The translations under genes and the position numbers were made by a program. Positions 50,624 through 60,100 of a stretch of DNA of 64,000 nt are shown in pieces. Each line of letters begins with the position of its first letter. The first letter of the stretch is position 1. Under the pieces are notes generated by a model, which was given only the letters and a program-made list of their open reading frames with translations, had not been told where the DNA came from and searched no databases. The stretch comes from Verrucomicrobiaceae bacterium. GTDB lineage: Bacteria > Verrucomicrobiota > Verrucomicrobiia > Verrucomicrobiales > Akkermansiaceae. The stretch is from NCBI GenBank assembly GCA_051252135.1, contig JBPOGH010000011.1, positions 96,500 to 160,499 of the forward strand, read 5' to 3'.

Positions 50624-51505
50624 CTAGCGCAGTTTTTTGGCCATCTCGGGCGTCACCGTAAAGTACCTCGTCCCGCTGCTCTCGGGCTTCGAACCATCAG
50701 TGATTTGATACTCAAAGGGCTTCAAAGGCTGCTGCCCGTCGATCTCGGACATCAAATAGACCCGCATTGTCATCGGAGCCTTCGGATCACCTCCGGGGAT
50801 GTCCTTGATCGCAAATTGCACCTCGTTCCGGCCATCCACCGCGCCTCCCAGCACAACCTCCGCCCCCTTCGTATCCTGAAATGTGTGCGTCGATATCTTG
50901 TTCACGAGAAGCTTCACCTCCCGTCCGGGACAATACACATAGGCTTTCGCGATGTATTTCGCCGGCCCCTTGATCACCGCTTTCGGTCGCTCAATGATCC
51001 CGGTGGGCTGAAATACCTCCTGATCCACATAACTGTAATCCTTTGCCAGAATCTGCTTTCTCACTTCTGGCAGACCGCTGAGATTCACAAACTCCGAACC
51101 GTCGTACTTCCACCCGCTGGCCTCCTTCACATAGGAAACGGTAAGAATGTTCTCGGTAGGCTCCACCCCCACCCCGAAGTCGACCTTGCCAAAGTAAACC
51201 GCCTTCACCGTAGGACCCTTCACCCGCACCCGCAAAGGCTGAAGCGTTGAGAGATCGGGAGGATCGGTCGGCAGATTGAAAAAGGAATCGGGAAAACGAC
51301 GCCGCTCGCTCCACAAGCGGTTGCGGATCGCGATCTTGCGGGACTCCGCGGTGTAGCGCAGCCAGTTCGCCGCATCCTTTTTCATCACCGCCGTTCGCCA
51401 TCCCGAGTAGATTCCACGCAGATGCTCCACCAATTGGGCATCGTTTTGGGCCTGGGCCTGGGCTCCGAGGAAAATCATCCAAACCGTAAAAATCAGTCGT
51501 TGCAT
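50624..51505 (-). CDS. Secreted hypothetical protein
   Basis: Signal peptide ending AQAQA; start ATG 51505. Confidence 0.7.
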   Translation of the reverse strand: MQRLIFTVWMIFLGAQAQAQNDAQLVEHLRGIYSGWRTAVMKKDAANWLRYTAESRKIAIRNRLWSERRRFPDSFFNLPTDPPDLSTLQPLRVRVKGPTVKAVYFGKVDFGVGVEPTENILTVSYVKEASGWKYDGSEFVNLSGLPEVRKQILAKDYSYVDQEVFQPTGIIERPKAVIKGPAKYIAKAYVYCPGREVKLLVNKISTHTFQDTKGAEVVLGGAVDGRNEVQFAIKDIPGGDPKAPMTMRVYLMSEIDGQQPLKPFEYQITDGSKPESSGTRYFTVTPEMAKKLR

Positions 51506-51586
51506 GCGGAAACTATGGACAAGGACGGCCAGCTTTGGAAAAACATTTCTCACCTTCCGCTCATGCGGGAAGTGATTCACCTACAC

Positions 51587-52435
51587 ATGAACCCTTTTCC
51601 AAAGTCGCCGGTTATCGGAGAAGCACGTAATCAGGAGCTCCTCGGCACAGCCACCACCTACGTTTACGAAAAGACTCCCGAGGGAGACTTGAACGCCCAT
51701 TTCTTCTTTCCTCCGGGCTTCGATCACACCACGCAGCAGCGCGGAGTCATCGTCTTCTTCCACGGTGGCACCTGGGACATCTCCGCTCCCACCCAATTTG
51801 TCCCCCACTGCCACCACTTCGCCTCCCGCGGCCTCATCGCCGTCACCGCCGAGTACCGCACCAAGGCCAAGTTCAACGGCGGCCCCGAAGAAGCGATCAC
51901 GGACGCCAAGACCGTCATCTCCTTTCTTCGCTACCACGCCGCCCAGATGGGAATCGATCCGGACAAGATCATTGCCTGTGGCGCCGCCGCCGGAGCACAC
52001 GCCGTTCTCTGCGCCGCCCTCCATCCCCACGAAAACCCCGACCTGCCACCCACCCGCCCCCAGGCACTCATCCTCTTCGGCCCGGTCACCGACACCTCGG
52101 CAAAAGGCGTCGGCTCGGAACTCTTCTCCGACCCCAAGGCCGCCAAAACCCTGAGCCCCTTCGCTCACCTCCCGCAAAAAGCCCTCCCGCCCTGCCTCAT
52201 CTTCCACGGCAAGAACGACCGCGTCGTCCCCTTCGAGGCCTCGGTAAAATTCTCCAAACGCTACTCCAGAAAACGCAACAAGTGCGAACTCATGGAGTTT
52301 GAAAACGCCGGCCACACCTTTTTCAACTACAACTCGGACGAGCGAAACTACTCGCTCACCCTCCGCGCTGCCGATGGCTTCCTCGTCGGACTCGGCTTCC
52401 TCGAGCCCGATCCTTTGGCTGACGAATTTCAATAG
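51587..52435 (+). CDS. Alpha/beta-hydrolase-fold protein lacking the nucleophile Ser
   Basis: FFHGG, AEYR, IDPDKII, GAAAG at the nucleophile elbow, HGKNDRVVP, AGHTFF. Confidence 0.85.
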   Translation: MNPFPKSPVIGEARNQELLGTATTYVYEKTPEGDLNAHFFFPPGFDHTTQQRGVIVFFHGGTWDISAPTQFVPHCHHFASRGLIAVTAEYRTKAKFNGGPEEAITDAKTVISFLRYHAAQMGIDPDKIIACGAAAGAHAVLCAALHPHENPDLPPTRPQALILFGPVTDTSAKGVGSELFSDPKAAKTLSPFAHLPQKALPPCLIFHGKNDRVVPFEASVKFSKRYSRKRNKCELMEFENAGHTFFNYNSDERNYSLTLRAADGFLVGLGFLEPDPLADEFQ

Positions 52436-52482
52436 CTTGCTGCCCTTGCGCACATGCGCGAGTGCTGCCATCTTCCCAACTC

Positions 52483-53682
52483 ATGAGTGCACTCGAATTC
52501 GCGCCAATTGAAGACATCATCGCCGAGATCGCCGACGGCAGGTTGGTCATCGTCGCCGATGATCCCGGTCGCGAAAACGAAGCGGACCTCATCGGCGCCG
52601 CCTCCCTCGTCACCCCCGAAATGATCGCCTTCATGGCCAGCCATGGCCGCGGCCTCATCTGCGCCCCCGTCCTCGCTTCCCGCGCCGAAACTCTCGACCT
52701 CCCGCCGATGGCGCGCAAAAACCGCGAAGCCCAAAAGACCGCCTTCACCGTTTCTGTCGATGCCGCCTCCGGCATTTCCACCGGCATCTCGGCAGCAGAC
52801 CGCGCCCTCACCATCAAACTCCTCGCTGACGAATCCGTCACCGCCTCCTCCTTCGTCCAACCCGGACACATCTTCCCCCTTCAGGCCATGGAAGGCGGAG
52901 TCCTCCGCCGCGCAGGCCATACCGAGGCCGCCATCGACCTCGTCCGCCTCGCCGGACTTCCGCCAACCGGACTCATCTGCGAAATCATGTATGAGGACGG
53001 CACCATGGGCCGCGTGGGCGATCTCGGCGAATACCAAAAAGAGCACAACCTCAAGGCCTGCACTATCGGTCAACTCATCGAGTACCGCCGCAAGTCGGAG
53101 CGCCTCGTCACCTGTGAAGAGGTCATCTCCCTCCCCACCGATTTCGGTGACTTCAAATGCCACCTCTACAGCGTCAGCACGGATGACTCCGAGCACCTCG
53201 CCCTCGTCCGCGGAGACATCTCTCCTGACGAGCCCGTCACCGTCCGCGTGCATTCCGAATGCCTCACCGGTGACGTCTTCGGTTCCCGTCGCTGCGATTG
53301 CGGAGGGCAGCTGCACACCGCCCTCGCCCGCATCGCGGAAGAAGGCGGCGTCCTCCTTTACCTCCGCCAGGAGGGCCGGGGCATTGGCCTCGGGGGTAAA
53401 ATCCGCGCCTACAAACTCCAGGAAGAAGGCCTCGACACCATCGAGGCCAACGAACGACTCGGCTTCGCCTCCGACCTGCGCGACTACGGCATGGGCGCTC
53501 AAATGCTTTATGATTTGGGAATCCGTAAGATCAGGCTCCTCACCAACAACCCCAAAAAAGTCATCGGATTGGACGGATACGGCCTTGAAATTGTCGAACA
53601 ACTTCCGCTATCACTTCCCTCCAATCCCCACAACGAGAAGTATCTTGAAACAAAGCGGTCCCGGATGGGCCATCGCCTTTGA
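52483..53682 (+). CDS. ribBA: Bifunctional DHBP synthase / GTP cyclohydrolase II
   Basis: DDPGRENEADL, TAFTVSVD, RAGHTEA, RVHSECLTGDVFGSRRCDCG, QEGRGIG, LLTNNPKK. Confidence 0.97.
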   Translation: MSALEFAPIEDIIAEIADGRLVIVADDPGRENEADLIGAASLVTPEMIAFMASHGRGLICAPVLASRAETLDLPPMARKNREAQKTAFTVSVDAASGISTGISAADRALTIKLLADESVTASSFVQPGHIFPLQAMEGGVLRRAGHTEAAIDLVRLAGLPPTGLICEIMYEDGTMGRVGDLGEYQKEHNLKACTIGQLIEYRRKSERLVTCEEVISLPTDFGDFKCHLYSVSTDDSEHLALVRGDISPDEPVTVRVHSECLTGDVFGSRRCDCGGQLHTALARIAEEGGVLLYLRQEGRGIGLGGKIRAYKLQEEGLDTIEANERLGFASDLRDYGMGAQMLYDLGIRKIRLLTNNPKKVIGLDGYGLEIVEQLPLSLPSNPHNEKYLETKRSRMGHRL

Positions 53683-53726
53683 CATTCATTGACAAAACTT
53701 TTCGTTCAATCCATACCTCCGCCCGC

Positions 53727-54239
53727 ATGTCGGCCATCATTCCACCTAGACCTCGTGTTCTCACAACCGGGAAAATTCGGATCTCCATCATCGCCGCTAA
53801 ATTCAATCAGGAATTTACCGATGCCTTGGTAGAAAATACCGTCGATGAAATCGCCAGCCTGACCGAAGGAGCCAAAGTCGACCTCGTCCGCGTCCCCGGT
53901 GCCTTTGAGATTCCTGTCGTTGCCAAAGCCATCATGCAGGAAGAAGCACCGGACTGCATCATCGCCCTCGGCTGCATCATCCGCGGTGGAACTTCCCACG
54001 CCGATCTCGTCGCCACCTCGGTCACCAACAGCCTTCAACAGCTTTCCGTTGCTCACACCACTCCGATCATCCACGAGGTCCTTCTCGTCGAAGACGAAAA
54101 GCAGGCCTACGCACGCTGCATCGGCAAAAAACTCAACCGCGGCCGCGAAGCCGCCCGGAGCGCGCTCGGCATCATCGACGTGATGCACGAAATCTCGAAG
54201 GCCAACCAGTCGCTTCGCCTCCACCCGAGCAACGCCTGA
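53727..54239 (+). CDS. ribH: 6,7-dimethyl-8-ribityllumazine synthase
   Basis: AKFN, VPGAFEIP, ALGCIIRGGTSH, NRGREAA. Confidence 0.93.
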   Translation: MSAIIPPRPRVLTTGKIRISIIAAKFNQEFTDALVENTVDEIASLTEGAKVDLVRVPGAFEIPVVAKAIMQEEAPDCIIALGCIIRGGTSHADLVATSVTNSLQQLSVAHTTPIIHEVLLVEDEKQAYARCIGKKLNRGREAARSALGIIDVMHEISKANQSLRLHPSNA

Positions 54240-55105
54240 TGCCTTCCCGACACCAAGTGAGAGAAGCTGCCGTCCAGCTTTTCTACGCCCGCGCATCCTC
54301 ACAGGGTGCCGAAAGTGATGAGGAACTTTGGGACCTCATCAACGATCGCGCCGGCCTCACTTTCGACCGCGCCCGCGTCAAGGTCCTCGCCCACTGGCAA
54401 ACCGGACGCGCCAAAACCGCCGCGACCTTGCACAAGGAATTGGCCGCAGCCTCCACCGCCGTCTCGGTCGCCGACCCCACCGGCAAAGCCGCCCGGGACT
54501 TCCAAACGCTTTGCGACAAGGAAATCAAATTCGCTGAATTCCTCGAAAACCTCGCCCCTCTCGCCAAAGCCAACACCGGCGGATGGCGCCAGGACCTCTA
54601 CAAGGCCTTCCAGCAATCTCCCGAGCTCAAAAAGCTCCGCGCCGAGCTCAGCGTCCACCTCGTCACCTTCCCCCCTCTTCAAAAGGAAGCGATCGACAAG
54701 ACCTTCGCCAAACTCGACACCTTCGACGAACGCATCGAAAAAACGCGGAACCCCGCGCGCTTCCCCGAACAACGAGAACTGGCCCACCTCCACAAAACGC
54801 AGCAGGAAATGAAAACCCTGCGCGAGGAAGCTGAAAAAATCATCGCCCAGGTCACCGCCAACCTCCCCGGGATCAACAAAACCATCGAGACCGCTGCCGA
54901 GAACTACGACCTCGGCCGCCTCTCCCGTGTCGATCTTTCCATTCTCCGTCTCGCCACCTGGGAAATCACCCACGCGCAGGACGTCCCCAATCCCGTCGCC
55001 ATCAACGAAGCCATCGAGCTCGCCCGCGCCTTCTCCGGGGAAGACTCCGCCGCCTTCGTCAACGGCCTCCTCGATCGCATCGCCAAAGATCACTCCCCGG
55101 CCTAA
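54239..55105 (+). CDS. nusB: Transcription antitermination factor NusB with a large helical insertion
   Basis: RHQVREAAVQLFY; VDLSILRLA, VAINEAIELA, FVNGLLD; follows ribH as in the conserved ribH-nusB order. Confidence 0.9.
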   Translation: MPSRHQVREAAVQLFYARASSQGAESDEELWDLINDRAGLTFDRARVKVLAHWQTGRAKTAATLHKELAAASTAVSVADPTGKAARDFQTLCDKEIKFAEFLENLAPLAKANTGGWRQDLYKAFQQSPELKKLRAELSVHLVTFPPLQKEAIDKTFAKLDTFDERIEKTRNPARFPEQRELAHLHKTQQEMKTLREEAEKIIAQVTANLPGINKTIETAAENYDLGRLSRVDLSILRLATWEITHAQDVPNPVAINEAIELARAFSGEDSAAFVNGLLDRIAKDHSPA

Positions 55106-55150
55106 ATCCCCGGCCTTGCACACCGGGTTCCACTTCGGCAGAATTCGTCC

Positions 55151-56575
55151 GTGGATCAAGACTCTTCGTTTCCCAGCGAATTTCAACGGCGCACCCTCTG
55201 GCGCGCGCTCACTGGAATCGCCATCGTCATCCTCGGCGCCCTCCTCGTAGGCCTCATCTGGCTCGCCAGCTCCGTTCTCGGCTACCTCCAACCCGTTCTC
55301 GTCCCTCTCGCCGTCGCCGGAATCGTCGCCTACCTCCTCGAACCTGTCGTCCGCTTTCTTCAGCGAAAAGGTATCAGCAGAATCAAAGGAATCATCGCCG
55401 TTTTCTGCTCCTTCATTCTCTTCATCGGCGTCCTCCTCGCCTTTGTCGGCAAGGAACTCTCCAAACCGGAGAAGCCCGTCGCCACCTCGGAAGAGGATCA
55501 AAAACCCTCTGAAAACAAGCCCAACGCCTTCCGCGAAATGCTCACCGCCGATAGCGTCAGCAACATCAAAAAACATCCCGTCTTGGGTTGGGCTGCCAAG
55601 ATCGCCTTCGAAAAAAACTTCGATGCCACAAACACCCACCTCCATAAGGGAGACGCCCTCATCGGGAACAACGGCAAACGCTGGTACCTCGACCCCGCAA
55701 CCGACACCTTTAAATCGGGAGGCCAGCAAGCCCCCCCGGAGCTCGCCGAACTCCTCCGCTCGGACTGGTCCACCCCCACCACCGTCGGAACCACTGACAA
55801 TGCCGAAAGCGTCGTCGCCGTCGCCAACTTCCCCCTCACCCAAATCGGGAACCGCTACACCATCCTCCTTGATCGCACCTTCGGCTGGCTCCTCAGCTCC
55901 TCCGGAAAAATCCTCGGCTTCTTCGGCATGTTCATCGGATTCGCCATGGTCCCCATCTACCTTTATTACTTCCTCAAAGAGAGCGATAGCATCCAGTCCC
56001 AATGGCATGACTACATCCCGCTCAAAGCCTCCAAATTCAAAGATGAAGTCGTCTCCGTCCTTCAGGAGATCAATGGCTACCTCATCTCCTTCTTCCGTGG
56101 ACAAGTCCTCGTCGCCTTTATCGATGGCATCCTCGTAGGAATCGCACTTTCCATCTTTGGCCTCAAATACGGCCTCCTCATCGGAGTCTTCATGGCCCTC
56201 CTCGGCATCATCCCTTACCTCGGAAACATCATCTGCCTCATCCCCGCCTGCATCATCGCTTACTTCCAGGCCTCCTCTAACAACCCACCCTGGGACCTCC
56301 CTCCCTGGGGATTCGTCATCGGCGTCGTCGCCATCTTCGTCGTCGTCCAACAAATCAACTCCCTCCTCACCGCCCCCAAGATCGTCGGAGACTCCGTCGG
56401 CCTCCACCCCATGACCGTCATCTTCTCCATGCTCTTCTGGTCCCTCATCCTCGGCGGCTTCCTGGGTGCCCTCCTCGCCGTCCCCCTCACCGCCGCCGTC
56501 AAGGTCATCTTCCGCCGCTACCTCTGGGATCGAAAGATCGAAATGCCCCCGCCCGCCGCGAAATCCCCCGCCTGA
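55151..56575 (+). CDS. AI-2E family transporter
   Basis: AYLLEPVV, YYFLKE, FFRGQ, IPYLG, PKIVGDSVGLHP, GALLAVPL. Confidence 0.9.
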   Translation: MDQDSSFPSEFQRRTLWRALTGIAIVILGALLVGLIWLASSVLGYLQPVLVPLAVAGIVAYLLEPVVRFLQRKGISRIKGIIAVFCSFILFIGVLLAFVGKELSKPEKPVATSEEDQKPSENKPNAFREMLTADSVSNIKKHPVLGWAAKIAFEKNFDATNTHLHKGDALIGNNGKRWYLDPATDTFKSGGQQAPPELAELLRSDWSTPTTVGTTDNAESVVAVANFPLTQIGNRYTILLDRTFGWLLSSSGKILGFFGMFIGFAMVPIYLYYFLKESDSIQSQWHDYIPLKASKFKDEVVSVLQEINGYLISFFRGQVLVAFIDGILVGIALSIFGLKYGLLIGVFMALLGIIPYLGNIICLIPACIIAYFQASSNNPPWDLPPWGFVIGVVAIFVVVQQINSLLTAPKIVGDSVGLHPMTVIFSMLFWSLILGGFLGALLAVPLTAAVKVIFRRYLWDRKIEMPPPAAKSPA

Positions 56576-56582
56576 ATCCCCC

Positions 56583-56975
56583 TCACTTCAGCTCAAAACA
56601 TCCTTTCGTCTCACTGACCACCTCGATCACCTCGCCCCCCCGGATCTCCCGCACCGCATACAAATACCACCCCCACTCCCGGTCGTGGTAAAAAGTCCGG
56701 TAGGAAACCACCCGCCGCCGCGTCTGGCCCACCACCTTGGGACTTAAAAAAGCCACACACATCGCCTCTGTCGCCACCGTCCCTTCCGCCAATTTGCGCT
56801 CAACCGGATGAATCGGCCCCACCGTGATCTCCCGCTCCACCGCCTGCTCCGCCTCCGCAATCAATTTTGCCGCCACCTCACGGCTCAACCCCTGCCCTTG
56901 GGCCACCTGTAAAAAACATCCCCAGAGCAAAATCAGCCCCAAAGCACGGCACATCGACAGTTTTTCTAGTCTCAT
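56583..56975 (-). CDS. Small secreted hypothetical protein
   Basis: Signal-peptide-like N-terminus; G-ending codon style; start uncertain. Confidence 0.6.
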   Translation of the reverse strand: MRLEKLSMCRALGLILLWGCFLQVAQGQGLSREVAAKLIAEAEQAVEREITVGPIHPVERKLAEGTVATEAMCVAFLSPKVVGQTRRRVVSYRTFYHDREWGWYLYAVREIRGGEVIEVVSETKGCFELK

Positions 56976-57157
56976 TTGATCTATGACCGATCCAATGCTT
57001 CAGTTATTCAAGCAAAACGCACCCTCGGGCCATTTTCCACAAAGCAAGTTGCGCTTGGCAATTACACCCGTTCACGCTTATTTTTCCGCCCCCTCGGCAG
57101 GGAATATGCTTCACCGCCTCTGATTCCCTCCCGTTCCACCATTTTCCAACCACGTTC

Positions 57158-60100
57158 ATGAGTCCATATCACCCAAGTTACACTCCCGATTCTTCCGGAA
57201 CCCTCCACCAGTGGGACAACGAAACCGCCAACTGCGGCATGGGTGCCATCGCCCACCTGAACGGGGAAAAATCCTATCAGATCATCGACTACGCGATGAC
57301 TTCCGTCTGCAACATGACCCACCGTGGTGCCGTCGATGCCGACATGAAAACCGGCGACGGCTCCGGTGTCCTCTGCCAAATCCCTCGGCCCCTCTTTGCC
57401 AAAGCCGCCAAATCCCTCGGTTTCACCGGCGATGCCGATGACCTCGCCGTCGGCGTCTTCTTCCTCCCCGGCGACGACTCCGCCGCCGCCGCCCAGATCA
57501 AATCTTTCGCCGAATCCGTCCTCACCAAGCGCTCCATCCCCCTCGTCGGATGGCGTGAAGTTCCCGTCAATCCCGACGAACTCGGCAATCTCGCACGCAA
57601 AACCCAGCCCGAAATCACCCACCTCCTCGCTTCCAGGCCTGCCGATTGGGATGGCGACCACTTCGAGCGCCAACTCTACCTCGTTCGCCGTGAGATCGAA
57701 CGCCACTTCAAGGACGTCCCCAATTTCTACATCCCCACCCTTTCCGGCCGCCTAATCAGCTACAAGGGACTCGCCATGCCTGCCACCCTGCGGGCCTTCT
57801 ACTCCGACCTCCAGGACTCGGACTTCCAGACTGGCATCTCCCTCTACCACCAGCGCTTCTCCACCAACACCTTCCCCGCCTGGCCTCTCGGACAACCCTT
57901 CCGCATGATGTGCCATAACGGTGAGATCAACACCGTCCGTGGCAACCGCAACTGGATGGCCTCCCGCGAAGAATTCTTCGAATCCGAGATCTGGGGAGAC
58001 GACGTCGAACTCCTCAAGGACATGATGCGCGCAGGGGAATCCGATTCCTCCTCGCTCGACCACGCCCTCGAGCTCCTCACCCTCTCAGGACGCCGGATCG
58101 AGCACGCCATGTGCATGCTCGTCCCCCCCGCCTTCCGCCACGACCAGGAAATTTCGGAATCCGTCCGCTCGTTCTACAACTACATCCGCTCCTTCTCCGA
58201 GCCCTGGGACGGCCCCGCCGGCCTCGTCTTTACCGACGGAACGAAAATCTGCGCCGGCCTCGACCGGAACGGACTCCGCCCATCACGATTCACCCTCACC
58301 GAGGACGGACTTCTCTACATCGGATCGGAATCAGGAGCTGTCATTCTCCCCAACGAAAAAATCATCCGCCGCGGACGTCTCGGCCCCGGCCAAATGCTCT
58401 CCGCCAACACCCTCACCGGAGAAATCCTCTACGATCGCGAGATCAAGGAACAACTCGCGGCCCAAAAGCCCTACGGCAAGTGGATCGATGACAACCGCAT
58501 CGAACTCCGCAGCTTCGTCTCGCACGAACCCCACGTCCCTGCCGAGGACTTCGAAACCACCGAACTCTCGCGCCACCAGGTCACTCAAGGCGTCACCGCC
58601 GAGGATCTCGACATGGTCTTCCCGCCCATGATCAAAGGCGCCCAGGAAGCCGTCTTCTCCATGGGAGATGACATCCCCCTCGCACCCCTCTCGCGCTACC
58701 CGCGCCTCCTCTTCACCTACTTCAAGCAGCTCTTCGCCCAGGTCACCAACCCTCCCATCGACCCCATTCGGGAATGGGCCGTCATGTCCCTCGGTGCCGG
58801 ACTCGGACCCGAGCGCAACCTCCTCACCGAAACTCCGGAGCACGCCCGCATCCTCGCCCTCGAATCCGCCATCCTCTTCGAACAGGAGCTCGAAGCCATC
58901 CGTGACCGGAATGAGCACGGCTTCCCCACCCGCGTCATCGACACCACCTGGCCCGCTTCTGAAGGAACCGCAGGCCTCAAAAACGCCCTCGACTCCATCT
59001 GCGAGCAGGCCGGTAAAGCCGTCGACGAAGGAATCGAAGTCCTCATCCTCTCGGATCGCGCCTGCTCCCAGGACCGCGTCCCCATCCCGTCCCTTCTCGC
59101 CACCGGCTCCGTCCACCACTTCCTCAACCGTTGCAAAAAACGCCTCCGTTGCTCCATCGTGGTCGATACCGGCGAAGCCCGTGACACCCACCAGCTCGCC
59201 TGCCTCTTCGGCTTCGGCGCCACCGCCGTCTGCCCTTACCTCGGCTACGCCACCGTTCGCCAGGTCGTCTCTTCCGATTCCAAAGGAAAACTCGGCGATG
59301 ACCTCACACCCGAGAAGGCGATGTCCAACTACCGCAAGGCTCTCGAAAAAGGCATCCTCAAAATCATGTCCAAAATGGGCATCTCCGTCCTCAATTCCTA
59401 CCAGGGCGCTCAAATCTTCGAAGCCCTCGGAGTCGGAAAAGATGTTGTCGACTTCGCCTTCACCGGCGCCCACTCCCGCATCGGCGGCGTCGGCTTCGAG
59501 GAAATCGCCGAGGAATCCCTCATCCGCCACCGCGCTGCTTGGGAGCCGGAGGTCGAAGCAGGGCAATCACTCGACCTTGGTGACCCCGGCTACAACCGCT
59601 ACCGCAAGGCCGGTGAGCGCCACGCCCTCACCACCGACGTCATCAAAAACCTCCACACCTTCGTCCGTGATAACAAGAAGGAGGACTACGATGAATACGT
59701 CAAAGCCTCCCTCGATAACAACCCCATCACCATCAAGGATCTCCTTGAGTTCAAGGTCGCCGCAAGTCCGGTCGCTCTCGATGAAGTCGAGCCAGCCGAG
59801 GACATCGTCAAGCGCTTCACCACCGCTGCCATGTCCATGGGAGCCCTCTCCCCCGAGGCTCACGAGACTCTCGCCATCGCCATGAACCGCATCGGCGGAA
59901 AATCCGATTCCGGTGAAGGCGGCGAAGACCCCCGCCGCTTCCAGCCCTACGCAAATGGTGACCTCGCAAGGTCCTCCATCAAGCAGGTTGCTTCCGGACG
60001 CTTCGGTGTCTCCGCGAACTACCTCGTCAACTGCGACGAACTGGAAATCAAAATGGCCCAAGGCGCCAAGCCCGGCGAAGGAGGACAACTCCCCGGCCAC

